The translations under genes were made by a program, and so were the position numbers. Under the pieces are notes generated by a model. That model was not told where the DNA came from, ran no database searches, and worked only from the letters and a program-made list of their open reading frames with translations. A DNA stretch of 64,000 nucleotides. It comes from Octopus vulgaris (lineage: Eukaryota). Below are positions 40,340 to 53,364 of this stretch, in pieces; position 1 is the stretch's first letter; each line of letters begins with the position of its first letter. The stretch lies in the NCBI GenBank assembly GCA_951406725.2, contig OX597817.1:80352001-80416000 (forward strand), given 5' to 3'.

Positions 40340-40558
40340 TTTACTCTTTACTCTCTTTTACTTGTTTCTGTCATTTGACTGCGGCCATGCTGGAGCACCG
40401 CCTTTAGTCGAGCAAATCGACCCCAGGACTTATTCTTTGTAAGCCTAGTACTTATTCTATCGGTCTCTTTTGCCGAACCGCTAAGTTACGGGGGACATAA
40501 ACACACCAGCATCGGTTGTCAAGCGATGTTGGGGAACAAACACAGACACACAACATAT

Positions 40559-40607
<49 letters not shown>

Positions 40608-40770
40608 TACGATGGACTTCTTTCTGTTTCCGTCCACCAAATCCACTCACAAGACCTTGGTCGGCCCGAGGCTATAGTAGAAGACACTTGCCCAAGGTGC
40701 CACGCAGTGGAACTGAACCCGGAACCGTGTTGTTGGAAAGCAAGCTACTTACCACACAACTACACCTGCA
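40340..40770 (-). mobile_element. SINE family B, young full-length copy
   Basis: Complete tail-to-head match, including gaagacacttgcccaaggtgccacgcagtgg (CORE-like) and internal (TA)n. Confidence 0.92.
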
Positions 40771-41389
40771 CTTTGGTAACAAATATTATTTCCTACTTGT
40801 TTATGCATAGAAAGTATGAAAAATGGATATTTCCTTCAAACTTCGCTTTTGTTAAATTTATTCAAACCCCAAAGAAACCCTCTCACCACATGACAATGAT
40901 GCTCTCCTAATAATCCTGCTCGTGATCAGTGATGCATATGTTTGTATAACGATATTTCTGCTTCAGCAACCCAGCGTTGGATCAGTTTGAAATGTAATGG
41001 AAAATAGGTCAGTTTCAAACATTGATGTCCAGGTCACAAAAGAAAGTTTTGAAGTGAATAGTAGTGACTTCCTTTTATTTCGAGATAAAAGCAAATAAGA
41101 AGTAACACCTACTAACCAAAGGCAAAAAAAAAAATTAATAAATGTTGTTATACAGTGGCATAACACGCCTAACCTCACTAGCGTCACACCAACGACATTG
41201 TAAGATATGGGAGGTTCTTCTGTTGTATCCTATAATATTGAACAGAATGAGTCTCGAACAACAGTATTGACAATATTATCGCTGCTAATTTTGTTGCTTG
41301 ACTCTGTGTCTGCCCGGATCAATTTGTACCACTCGTGAGGTATTCCCTCAGTCGTTGTTATTGTTTTGTTGTTCTTGCAGACTTTAGCT

Positions 41390-41710
41390 CTAGGCTTACT
41401 CTAGTTAATCAGACCACTGATCAAAGATATTGAATGATGTCGTATTTACAAAATAATAGTGTAGATTGTTAAGATTTGACTGCTATTTTCAGAGGTCAAC
41501 TATTGTGTAGAACGTCTCTCACTGACTCAATGTATTACCCTCAAATCGTTACTGAAGTAAAACGAACTATGATGAAATAAGTTCCAGCCTTGACCATCCT
41601 GTTCTTTTGTTCGGGGTATGTATATTGTATCTCTCCTTTTTAAGACGTACGTTACAGTATAATTGGAGACTTAGCTGCTATTTCTAGTAGGTCAAGCAAC
41701 AACCTCGTTT
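41390..41710. repeat. Old dispersed repeat family D (unclassified), two adjacent fragments
   Basis: Motif gatttg(g/a)ctgctatttctagcaggtcgagc and upstream ccagcc(t/a)tgaccatcc recur at about 47710-47870, 61580-61620, 63470-63505 and 63710-63830, and inverted at about 895-935. Confidence 0.55.
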
Positions 41711-42244
41711 CTTCATCATGCTTCTTCATTAACCTTTTGACACGAAATTTAGCGTTATCCAAGTTGAAATTTCACTGTATGTATCTTATTTTATTATTAC
41801 AGAGTGGAGACAATATACCAAAGCAAGAATAATTCATTACAAATAAATATTCTATTCCATATTTTATAATCTATAAATCAAACAATTTATCAATTTATTA
41901 ATTAATTATTAAGTTAATTAGTCAAGTAGTACAATACTGTACAATAAATGAAAATTTAAGCATAAGCTGATCGTCTACGAAGAAGAAGGTTAGTTCAAAC
42001 ATATTGAAATATGTGTTTAAACAGTCCTTGTATAAATTTGATTTCATGAATAATGCTGTAGCTTAAGAATGATAATATTTAAAAGCTAGAGATGTCTGTG
42101 AGCGCGTCGCTGTGAGCAAAGTTACACTATCAGACTTCACGTCTCTTGTGTTCCAACAAGTACACTGGCCAACGGCATGGACGTAGACGTTATTAATTAG
42201 CCTCTCTACATTGTGAATATGTTATATATACACATACATACATA

Positions 42245-42277
<33 letters not shown>

Positions 42278-42349
42278 CTCACACACACACGAATAAATTC
42301 ATATACACATGCATATATACACGTCTATATATGTATATATATATATATG

Positions 42350-42435
<86 letters not shown>

Positions 42436-43511
42436 TATCTAAATTTTTCTTCCTAAAAGTGCCAGAGGCGATTCCCTAAGATTAACGCCCCTGAGATTAG
42501 AATATCAATGAAACCTTTGGTATTAGTTATATCAGATCTATTTCTACTCGTTGACGAAAGATAGTGATTCGTTTCTTCGAGTTTCCTATGCGGTGCTATC
42601 GTGCTCAAGAATTCGTGGATTTCGTTATAATATCTACCCTGAGCATCTTCGAGTTACATCTCCGCTATTTGGATGCGCAGTACAGAGACGATGATCAAGC
42701 AATTTCGCTTTAACGAAGCTAGTAGAAAAAATTCCAGTTGGTCCCTCTTCAACACAGGTGTACTTTATTACAAAAGTCTGTCTGCGAAAAATGTTTACAT
42801 GAAAAGTTACAGTACGATTCCTCCACGCCACCTCCTTGAAGGTGGTTGCACTCAATTAATGAAGATTTGCATCGATGAGAAATTCCAGTACATAAAGGAG
42901 TTTGTCACACTCGCACTCACATGTGCGTGCGCACACTCATACACACACACATACGTTCACAAAAAAGTTTTTTTTTAAAGACATTAATTTGGTTCAATCC
43001 ACCTTTTAATCGCGTCTATATGAACATAGCGTAAACATTTTATCCCTATTTTCATATACAATTATAAATACCACAAGCTATTTAATGATACCAACATCAT
43101 CTTGGCACACATATCAGCGAAATGTACATCATATAACACTGAACTGTTTTATGTGGGCTTGGGACGTTTCTTCTGCATTATGCAGTGCATTTGATTCCAT
43201 TACATCGTCTCCTCACAGAAGTAAGCTGAAACGATTGTTGTTCTAAATAAAGCTTCCGGTACGCTCTGTCCTCCGTATTAATCATGTAGAACACACTCAA
43301 CGTGCACCGAGGTTTTCCTTTCACACATCCAGCAACGAAAGCGCTCTACCCTAGATGACGCCTAGTAACCTCAAGCGGTGAACATGCTCTGAAGGCACAC
43401 TATAAGGGAAATTACCATAGCAGGGTTTGGATACTACACTTTAAAGTCTACAATCTAAACTTTAATTCTAAATGCAACTTACACACACACATGTGTATGT
43501 ATGGATGTATG

Positions 43512-45945
43512 TCTCTTCAATCTTTTAATTATCATAAACGTTCCACTGAGGAGAGAGCCGTTTCCAACAAAGATACAATGCTCCATCTTTGGGATGTAGT
43601 TAACACAAATTCACATTTGGAACTTGACAAAAGTCTTACATATTTTTACTCTTCCACTCACAGATTGCATTTGTAATGTATGAATTAGCCGGTCAATTTC
43701 TCTTTCTCAAAATCACAGTTTATCCGGATTCTCCTTTAAACATTTACTAACAAAGCCAATTATTATTGGTATGAATATGAATTCATAGTCTGGATATAGA
43801 AGCTGGAGGTTTCGAAACAGTTGTCCATAGATATCCTCTTTTTCTTTGATTTTCGAATAGATATTTATATCTACAGGCAGCTAACCTCTATGATGGTACA
43901 TACCTTTGCCCCTCAGTTCCAAACAACAATATCCGGCCTGTTTTGCTTACATTTGACAGACGTTTTGATGGGAATATTCCACCAGTATTCCTTGAGCTGT
44001 TGTTTATGAACGTATTCCGTGACAGAAGGATTTTCTAAGTTTATTTCAGGACAGTTTTTTATGCTGATAGCATTGTAAATTGTTTTAGCAACAACATCGT
44101 GCCGCGTAAGGAAGTAGTACCGTGATAACATTTCAGACCAGCTGCTAATCACATGTGTAATGTCTTCCACAGAACATGACATAGCCTACACATGCGGTTA
44201 CACCTTGGGATTATAAGATCGCTACTGTCACTCTTGTTCACCAGGTACTTTGTGGCAATCTCCAGTTTATGGATTGCAAACCACATAGCCTTCAAAGTGT
44301 GATGTGATGAAGTGGTCTTGTGTCCAAGAGAGGCTGCGCTTCGTGTCAAGTCTACTGTCTTCTTCAAGCTTCCGGGCAACATACCCATGCATGGTCTTTT
44401 TTTTATTTTTTATTTTTTCTGTATGCTGAGTGCTTTCCATTCAGGTCTTCTCTGAAGTAAGAGACCCCAGCTGTTTTGGGGATGTATAGGAAGAGAGTGT
44501 TTCTTAAGGAGTTCACTGCCAACTCGTACAATGTTGCTCACTTCACTTTTCAAGACTGCATTATGTTGCTTAGCAGGTGCTGCTTGAGTTATACCATACG
44601 GCATTCGAAGGCTGCCAACACTGATCTCAGGTCTCTACTTCCTTTATTTCTTCTTAGGTAGAGTCTGTCAACATCACTGTTTCGGCGGAAGTTCCTAGTT
44701 GCTGTCAGGATTTTGCGAGTTTTGATATGTACGGAGTGGATTTTCTCTACAGACCAATCAAGTATCCCAAGTGTTGGGATCAACACTGGTACTGCAAATG
44801 CATTGTGAGATATTGTCTTGTTGTAAGAGGAGAGTTCCGACTGCTATATTTTCCTAAGTCTGGTGTAATATTCTCGGGTCACTCTATCTTTATTCACAGT
44901 GCCTTCATATGATACATTTTCGTCTATGCCTAGGTACTTGTAACATCCTTTGTGTGGAATGGGGTAGACAGAGTGACTGTTGATACACAGATTTTGGGTT
45001 TGGGGGACTGACTTTCCTCGTTTTATAACAAAATATGAACATTTCTTTTGGCCAAATTCTATGCCTATATCAGCTGAAAATGTTATTAATTCCAGTTGTT
45101 TTTTGCCATTATTAACACTTTTAGCATAAATCTTCAGGTCGTTTACAAAGAAATTATGAGTTACATTGATATTTCTGGCAGTTGAAGATCCTAGCATGTA
45201 ACCATTTGTTTTCTGCAGTAGGAACGATAATGGATTCAGTGCCAAAATGAAAAGAAGTACATAAAGACTGTCTTTCTGAAGTATTCTCTTTGTAATGCCT
45301 ATACTATTAGAAATAATTATTCTTTTCCCAGTTGTAAGGGTAAGAATAGTTGGCCACGTCTCTGTGAGCCTCTCTATAGCAGCAACTAAGGTAGTAGGTA
45401 CCTTTGCTAGATGTAGACACTTCAACAGCCATGAATTATAGACAGAGTCGAATGCCTTCTTAGAGTCAAGCCATACTGTCACAAGGTTTCTGCGTTGTTT
45501 TCTTACTTCAGACAGTACAGCTTTTTTTATTAAAATTTGTTCGGGACATCTCCACACTCCCTTCTTTCCACCAGCCTGTTTGTCAGTCACAACGTTGTTC
45601 GGCTCACAGTGGTCTTGGAGCAATTGGTTGAGGCAACTTGTGTACCATTTGTACATGTTTAGGTAAGCAATGGGCCTGAAGTTTCTTACCACTTCCGTGA
45701 TTTCATTTTTGCAACAAGATTTGTCTTTCCTGTAGCAATCCAATGTGATATATCAGTCTGACCGTCCATATATCTGTCTGACCTCCCTTTTGAACCTACA
45801 TATCAATTGGTTTCTATAAAATGCCAGCTTCTTGTACCAATATCCAACCATTAGGTCCCTTCCAGGTGCCTTCTCATTCTGCAGTTTGCCTACTGTTATA
45901 GCGAAGGTTTCTGCATCAATTTTGTATGTTTTACTGTTAGCGTTG
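43512..45945 (-). mobile_element. 5'-truncated R4-like non-LTR retrotransposon (RT, CCHC, RLE), decayed
   Basis: KAPGRD..GYWYKKL; FRPIAYLN; WLDSKKAFDSV; ILQKDSL; HNFFVNDLKIY (degenerate YxDD); YKYLGI; CRLC..EDITHVIS (CCHC); RHD; NRPDIVVW..IIEVSC..K (PD-(D/E)xK RLE). Frameshifts and stops throughout. Confidence 0.92.
44844..45743 (-). pseudogene. Reverse transcriptase domain of the R4-like LINE
   Basis: 299-aa ORF with RT motifs 1-7; the catalytic YxDD reads FVND. Confidence 0.9.
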
Positions 45946-46599
45946 TATCTATGTATGTTTATATGTATGTATGTATAAATGCATAAACATACACACGTTA
46001 GTATATATGCTGTATATCCTTACCAAAGACAATTGCGACACTCTCCTGTCATTATTTGGAAACACTTCCTGCGTAAATATGCCCAAACCATTTCCATTAC
46101 TCTTTACCCCCGCCTCATCAAACGCTACCTTAATCAGCCTTACCCCAGTACCCCATTATCCTGACACTGATTGCTAGAAAAAGGCAATTTCTTTTTCTTA
46201 TTTTTTTTTTCTGTTTTCTGTTTTGTCAAATTCAATTGGAGAATTTGAAAGTAATAAGTCAGTGGTGGCTGCTAAAGTGATGATGATTGTGATGGTTTCA
46301 GCGTCGGTGGGGACCGCGGGATGTAGCTGTTGTGGGATGGTTACACAAGTGATAAAGGTGCTGGTGGTGATGGCGGTAGTGGAGGTTGGAATGGGTTTTG
46401 TCTTCAGTATGATAATCATAGCGTTAATGATGATTACGTTAGTGGTGTGATCAGTTCCGGTGGTGGTGATGGCGGAGGTGATGAAGTGCTTGATGGTGCT
46501 GTTGGTGGCGGTTTGAGTAGTAAAGGTGGAGGTGACGGTAGTCACTATGTCGGTACTAGGAGAGATTGCTATCGATATGGTGATGCGGTTACTGGCACT

Positions 46600-46692
46600 T
46601 ACGATGGCGTTGGTCGTGGTGGTGGAGGTTGTGGAATTAGTAGTAATGATGATATTGGTGTTGTTGTTATTGGTAGAGGTGGTGTTGGTGGT

Positions 46693-46740
<48 letters not shown>

Positions 46741-46957
46741 GGTGGTGGTGGTGGTGGTGGTGGTGGTGGTGGTAGTAACAATAGTGGTGGCGATGGCAAT
46801 AGTACTTGATGGAATTAGCGGTGGTAATGGTGGTGGTGGTGGTGGAATCAGTCGCCGTGCTAGTGAAATCAGACGCAGTGGTTAATGATGGTTATGCTGG
46901 TGGTGGTAGGGGGATAGTAGTTGTAGCAGTAGTAGTAACAGCAGCAGCAGCAGCAGA

Positions 46958-46988
<31 letters not shown>

Positions 46989-47040
46989 GTAGCAGCAGCA
47001 GTAGCAGTAGCAGCAGCAGTAGCAGCAGCAGCAGCAGTAG

Positions 47041-47075
<35 letters not shown>

Positions 47076-47108
47076 GCAGTAGCAGCAGCAGCAACAGAAG
47101 TAGTAGTT

Positions 47109-47142
<34 letters not shown>

Positions 47143-47188
47143 CAGCAGCAGCAACAGAAGTAGTAGTTGTAGTAGTAGTAGTAGTAGT

Positions 47189-47243
<55 letters not shown>

Positions 47244-47445
47244 ACAGCAGCAGCAACAGCAGCAGCAGTAGTAGTAGTAGTAGTAGCAGTAGTAGTAAAA
47301 TTAGCGGTGATAATGACAGTGGAAGTGGAATTTGTATCGGTGTTGGTGGCGATAATTGTGGATGGTGGTGGAGGTGGTGTTGGCAGTGGTGGTGGTGGTG
47401 GTGGTGGGGCTGGTGGTGGTATGGTGGTGCTGGTGGTGCCACCGT
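46600..47445. repeat. Compound trinucleotide array (GGT/GTT/GCA/GTA)n
   Basis: Alternating (gca)n/(gta)n blocks flanked by (ggt)n; source of the poly-A/V/L/P ORFs. Confidence 0.95.
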
Positions 47446-48032
47446 GTTAGCTACTGGACGTCAGGGAAATTAGAGAGACGATAATAATTACGTGAAACGC
47501 TCTTTATATGTCTAATTAGTCAGGTTTGTTGAAGTGTAATGTGACACAGTCTGGAATGTTTGGTGAAGATGGTGTCTTGAGCCCGTGTATGCAGTGTAAG
47601 TGTGTGTGTATGTGCGTGTGTATGTGTGTTTACGTCGATACGTGTGAGGTGGTTGGGGTTGTTGTTGAGTCTCGGGTCAGTTTTGATTAACCAGAAATGA
47701 TTAAAAGGTAGTCCAGCAGTGACCATCCCATCTTACTATGCTTTGTGTTTCTTTGTTTTTCAAGCAGAGTACATCACGGATTTCATTATTCAAAGAGTCT
47801 TTTTGTATGACAAGATGTAATTGCAGCAAGATCGAACTTCTATCTTTACCAGATCGAGCGACCAGGTAGAAGCTGGATGTAGTACCTGCGAGTAATATGT
47901 GTATATGTGATTAGAATCAGTTAGTGTGTGTGTGTGATTTTCATTTTTCCAAAGGTGATTAATAAAGTGACTGTGAAATACTGATGTTGATTGCTCTGAC
48001 CGCCTACGCTTTTCTCAAAGTCCATCTGTTTC

Positions 48033-48115
<83 letters not shown>

Positions 48116-48139
48116 GTGTGTGTGTGTGTGTAATGAAGG

Positions 48140-48300
48140 CAGTGAATACAAAATGTAAGAAGACAGCACAAGAGAAAGACATTTTAACAAATATTGAACT
48201 AACGTAGCGCTTAAAAGGAAGGAGGAAAGTAGATTTTACGTTTCGGACACAGTTCCTTCATTGAAAGAAATGTGTAAGAGGAGATTAAAAGAAGAAAAGA
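48140..48300 (-). mobile_element. PLE-like tail fragment with heavily degenerate hammerhead motif
   Basis: Minus strand: TCAATGA-a-ggaactgtgtcc-GAAAC-GTA-aaa, same layout as 26890-26923. Confidence 0.4.
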
Positions 48301-48939
48301 ATTTGGCGGAAAAAAACCAGTAAGAGGTTAGGGAGCAGTTGGGAATGTAGTTCTATAAGGGAATCTAAAAAGGAAAAAGGTATAAGTAGGGGGCATGGGA
48401 GTGTCTGTGTGCAGTTGTTGGAGCGTATCCCTGTGTTGAGATGGCATAAAGGGAGAGGATGTATATATGTGGTTTTATTAGGAGGGGGTGGTTGTAGAGG
48501 TGTGCAAGTCTGGAAGATTAGTAGGCGGGATTGTGTGGATGCTGGTTATTGGTGTGCATGTACAATTGTATTTTCTGCAAGGAAAGAATTTAAGCGAGGA
48601 GTTGGTAGTATGTGCAAGCTTGAAATAAAAGGGGAAGCAATAGAAACGTGAAGGGTGTGGTAGAAGTGGGTGCAAGTCCGTACGTGTGAAATACTGTTTG
48701 GAGAAAAGAAAAAATGGATATGTATGGTTTTACGGTATTGGTTATTTACGAATCTGATCATTGTTGAAATAGCCACAATAATGTTTGCTAGTGTGGTCTT
48801 CTTCTTCCAATCAGGACTCACGCCATTAGCAACAAACAATAATCTCTAATTCGAGCCTACTCTAAGCTACTAAGAATGCGTGCGGCAACTTTAAGATCCA
48901 CCCACCACACGCGATAGACTGGCGGTTGCACGGACGCGA

Positions 48940-49264
48940 AAGCTATGTTGTTATCTTCATTCCGTAAATGTTGGCTTTTTAACGAGTGGAGAGCTGAACC
49001 ATCCTGGGGTACAGAGGATTCTCAATGTAGACTACTGTCTGAAAGTTTACCACACCACAGTGGGTTTCACCATGGTTCCTCTGCTTTGTGGAAGAAGTAG
49101 GAAGAAAGAATGAGAGAAAGTTGTGGTGAAAAAGTACAGCGGGGTTCACCACCCCTCCCCGCCGGAGCCTCGTGGAGCTTAGGTGCTTTTGCTCAATCAA
49201 CACTCACAATGCCCGGTCTGGGAATCGAAACCGCGCTCTTAAGACTGGGCCATTGCGCCTCCAC
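48940..49264 (-). mobile_element. SINE family C with an alternative 3' region
   Basis: gagagaaagttgtggtgaaa...ggagcctcgtggagctt...cccggtctgggaatcgaaaccgcg...cattgcgcctcca. The 3' boundary is uncertain. Confidence 0.8.
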
Positions 49265-49849
49265 TGTTAGTGTGGTTGTCTTTATTAGCCTAATTGTATT
49301 TGTGGCTATATTAATACTCGCATTTCTTGTGTTTATTCTTGTAGCTACAGTTGCAGTTCTTGTTATGATCAAAGTTGTAGTTACATTTCTTAACGTTGAT
49401 TTCGTAATTATAGTTTCTGGATTTTGTAGTTATCACTCACGCTCTTCTTTCTGTTTGTGATTTTCATAGATACGATAGCTGAAGTTTTTTCAGCTACTTG
49501 TAGTCTTGATTTAGTTTCGGTTGTAGTAATCTACGTAGTAGTAGTTATAGTTGCTATTGTTACGAATATCGGAGTTGTGTTTGAGTTCGTGGTTTATATT
49601 CTTGTGTCATTGTGACTATATTTTTTTAATTTTATTACTATTGTGCTTATTTCTGCTGATAAGGGTTCGGTTCCTGATTAAGGTTGCTGATAAAGATGTG
49701 AGAGAAGGATTATGAGTGAAAGTTGGGGTTTTCTGAGGCCTCTCTCGCTTAGGATTGCTCATGTAGCTACATCTGGAAAGTACGCATCTTGGGCAAGGTT
49801 TTTTTTATAGCAGTGTCCATCTTTTGCACTTACATCAAATATGTTATTC

Positions 49850-50255
49850 AAGCGTGGCCAATTTGACTTCGATCCACTGTAGTCATAGACACACTCAGAA
49901 CATAAAGGGCCCGAAGAAATCCCAGTAATCATTTTGTTCTACGCTCTTACAAATATAACAAATGCCTTAATCTACCGCCCATGATTCCAACTACATTTTA
50001 TCAACTCCATAATCATGAACCACAAAGTTTCTCAACACAAGATTTGAACCCCAAACGTAAAAGGCCGGGACAGATATCACAAAGCACTTTCATCAACACT
50101 TTAATAAATCCACTAAACCCTCACCCCAAACTGGTACATTATTTCATCTACTCCAGAAACATGAAAAGTAACAATACCTGAGCAGGGATTTGAACTCTAA
50201 ACGTAATGAGCCGGAACAAATACCACAAAGCTTTAACAACTCTACCAATCGACGA
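49850..50255 (-). mobile_element. Cluster of degenerate SINE A heads
   Basis: Repeated gatttgaac(c/t)c...aacgtaa...ccgg(g/a)aca(g/a)atac(a/c)caaagc motifs. Confidence 0.5.
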
Positions 50256-50579
50256 CCATGGTGGCTATAGTTACATTTGTGATTATGTTTCAATATATTT
50301 GTCTGGGTAATTATGTTTCAGTGTATTTGTTTGGGTAATAATTTTAGTTGCAGCTGTTACTGCTATTATGCCTAATGTGGTTTGGATTCGTGTCTCTGGT
50401 TATCGTGACTACAGAATATTCTTAACAATGTAGCGCCTCATCTAAAAGACGACAAATTAGCAGAGCCTAAGCTTAGAATGTCTTGTGGCGTTCACACGGT
50501 TCCTCTCATTCTCCCTCTCTTTCCCCTTCCTCTTTCCCTGCTCACCATCTCTCTCTCTCTATCTCTCTTTCTTTCTCTT

Positions 50580-50618
<39 letters not shown>

Positions 50619-50639
50619 ATATATATATTATTTTATTCT

Positions 50640-50955
50640 CTCATTCTTTTATTTGTTTCAGTCATTTGGCAGCAACCATGCTGCAGTACCACCTTTAGTG
50701 GAACAAATCGACCCCAGGACTTATTATTTGTAAGTCTAGTACTTATTCTATTGGTCTCCTTTGCCGAACCGCTATGATAATGGGACGGAAACACACCAGC
50801 ATCGGTTGTCAAGCGATGGTGGGAGGAGAAACATACACACACACACCCACACACACATATGTCTACCAAATCCACTTACAAGCTCATGGTCGGCCGGAGG
50901 TTATAGTAGAAGACACTTGCTCAAGGTGCCACGCAGTGGGACTGAAATCGGGACC

Positions 50956-50957
<2 letters not shown>
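50640..50957 (-). mobile_element. SINE family B
   Basis: ttgtttcagtcatttg...aaatcgaccccaggac...agaagacacttgctcaaggtgccacgcagtgggactgaa. Confidence 0.88.
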
Positions 50958-51044
<87 letters not shown>

Positions 51045-51291
51045 ACAATTAAGGATAACCTCTTAATAAGGAATCTTAACAAGAAATTATCAGGTAGTTA
51101 GCGTGAAAAACCTCATAAGAGAAAAATTCGAAAATAATTTTTTTCTTTTGAACATATTTATTTATATTGTATAGAGGGCATTATTACACATAAATGCCTC
51201 ACACTAAGAGGGACATAAGTCATTACTACCAAAATTTCACTAATCGTACCTAATGCAGTTCTTCAAAGCAAGACATTTAAAAAATGAATTT

Positions 51292-51356
51292 AGTTCTATA
51301 TCACCTGTGATTTCACACTTAACGCATAAAAATACGTCTATGTTCATCAGTAGAAC
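51292..51356 (-). ncRNA. Type I hammerhead ribozyme (minus-strand copy)
   Basis: gttcta-CTGATGA-acatagacgtat.tttt.atgcgttaagtgt-GAAA-tcacaggtga-TA-tagaac. Confidence 0.85.
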
Positions 51357-51470
51357 CATTTACCGAATATATGATTTATAAACATCTCCATGTGCTTCGC
51401 CGGAGAGAGCAGATGTCTGTTCGACTTCGCCAGGTAATATTGGTCGTTTATTTATGATGTGTTCAGAATC

Positions 51471-51536
51471 AGTTCTACTGATGAACATAGACGTATTTTT
51501 ATGCGTTAGGTGTGAAATCACAGGTGATATAGAACT
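51471..51536 (+). ncRNA. Type I hammerhead ribozyme (plus-strand copy)
   Basis: Stem I agttcta/tagaact (7 bp); core CTGATGA 51478-51484; stem II 51485-51513; GAAA 51514-51517; stem III tcac-ag-gtga; AUA cleavage triplet 51527-51529. Confidence 0.88.
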
Positions 51537-51666
51537 AAATTCATTTTTGAAATGTCTTGCTTTGAAGAACTGCATTAGGTACGATTAGTGAAATTTTGGT
51601 AGTAATGACTTATGTCCCTCTTAGTGTGAGGCATTTATGTGTAATAATGCTCTCTATACAATATAA

Positions 51667-51741
<75 letters not shown>

Positions 51742-52213
51742 TTTAATAGCCGGTTTTTCTGAATCACGAACTTCGCACTTTGAGACAGGTCAAGACGGAT
51801 CACTCATAAATTCCTCTCTCCAAGAGGGAAAAGGCTCAAGCGAACCACCAGATAGACACTTTTCAGAACAGAAAAAAAAAGAAACAATGTAGCTTGGAGC
51901 CGTCCAAGGAGAACCGATATACAATAAAATAAAACCAAGCAAGGGAAATCTTGATGGGAAAACAAAAACCATGATAGTTTTTGATTATATATATGGATAC
52001 TGCAGTGGTTATTATTACCGGTTTCATCTTTATGTCACAAACAAGGCCAACAATCCAGAGATAGATAAGTCTACCACACAGCCACTCCTGTGCCTATGGA
52101 TATATATTTAGAAATTATTTGTCTAACGTTCAAGTTCTCGGTTAATATCTTCCAGACAGAAGAAACGTAGTCACTTCAATCATTTCATCAACTATTTTAA
52201 CCATAATTAAAGA

Positions 52214-52645
52214 TAGCGAGCTGGCAAAATCGTTAGCACGCCGGGTGAAATGCTTAGCGTTATTTCGTCTGTCTTTACGTTCTGAGTCCAAATTCTGCCA
52301 AGGTCAACTTTGCCTTTAATCCTTTCGGGGTTGATGTGATCAACTAATTTCACCCCAACCCCCAACCACAAATAAATTTCAAGCCTTGTGCCTATAGTAG
52401 AAAGGATTATTATTATTATTAATGTGACGAGCTGGCAAAACCGTTAGCACGACAGGCAAAATGCTTAGTGGCATTTCGTCTGTCTTTACGTTCTGAGTTC
52501 AAATTCCGCCGAGGTCGACTTTTCTTTCATTCTTTTGGGGTCGATAAAATAAGTATCAGTCAAGCATTGGAATTGATGAAATCAACTAACCCCCTCCCTC
52601 AAAATTTCAGGCCTTGTGCCTATAATACAAAGGATTGTTATTATC
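52214..52645 (+). mobile_element. SINE family A head-to-tail dimer, tail type 2
   Basis: Two units, each ending ccttgtgcctata(g/a)ta(g/c)aaaggatt(att)n. Confidence 0.88.
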
Positions 52646-52972
52646 ATTGACATGTTGTTACTTGCACGATGGCGGCTGTCATTTCGGTTATTATTGTAGT
52701 TAATATGGTTATAGTTGTGTGTGTGTATACTTGGTGCAATAGTGAAAACTAATACAAGCTACAATATTGCAAATCAACATCGTAATGTCCGTGTGTGCAT
52801 GCGTGTGCGCGTATCTGTGCATTTCGGTTGGTATTGGTATTCGACTTTCAGTATGTGTTGGTCGATGTTCGGCTCGAGATGAAGTGGTAACTACATTTAA
52901 AGATGATGGACTTCGTCCTTTTGTTACAGTCTTTGTGGAGACAAATATCCAAATACATGTGTGTGTGTGTGA

Positions 52973-53016
<44 letters not shown>

Positions 53017-53064
53017 ACATACAAACAAACATATGTGGATGGATAGATGGATGGATGGATGGAT

Positions 53065-53119
<55 letters not shown>

Positions 53120-53195
53120 TACATATATATATAAATACATATACATAAATGTATATATATATTTATACGTGCATATATGATAATTATATGTATAG

Positions 53196-53265
<70 letters not shown>

Positions 53266-53289
53266 TCTTACACGCATAATTCTAAGAGC

Positions 53290-53364
<75 letters not shown>

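Larger units (their letters stand above)
51161..51667. repeat. 196-bp near-perfect inverted repeat (arms 51161-51356 and 51472-51667), probable Penelope-type pseudo-LTR pair
   Basis: Arms differ at 3 positions by eye, with a 115-bp spacer. The whole unit (about 51042-51668) sits inside (TA)n. Confidence 0.95.

Noticed and set aside
42560-42870. GVLYYK-containing ORF, possibly a Gypsy pol relic
   Set aside because: No HHCC, DDE or RT motif and no LTRs seen.
46806-47450. Poly-Ala/Val 214-aa and poly-Leu 186-aa ORFs
   Set aside because: (GCA)n/(GTA)n translation.
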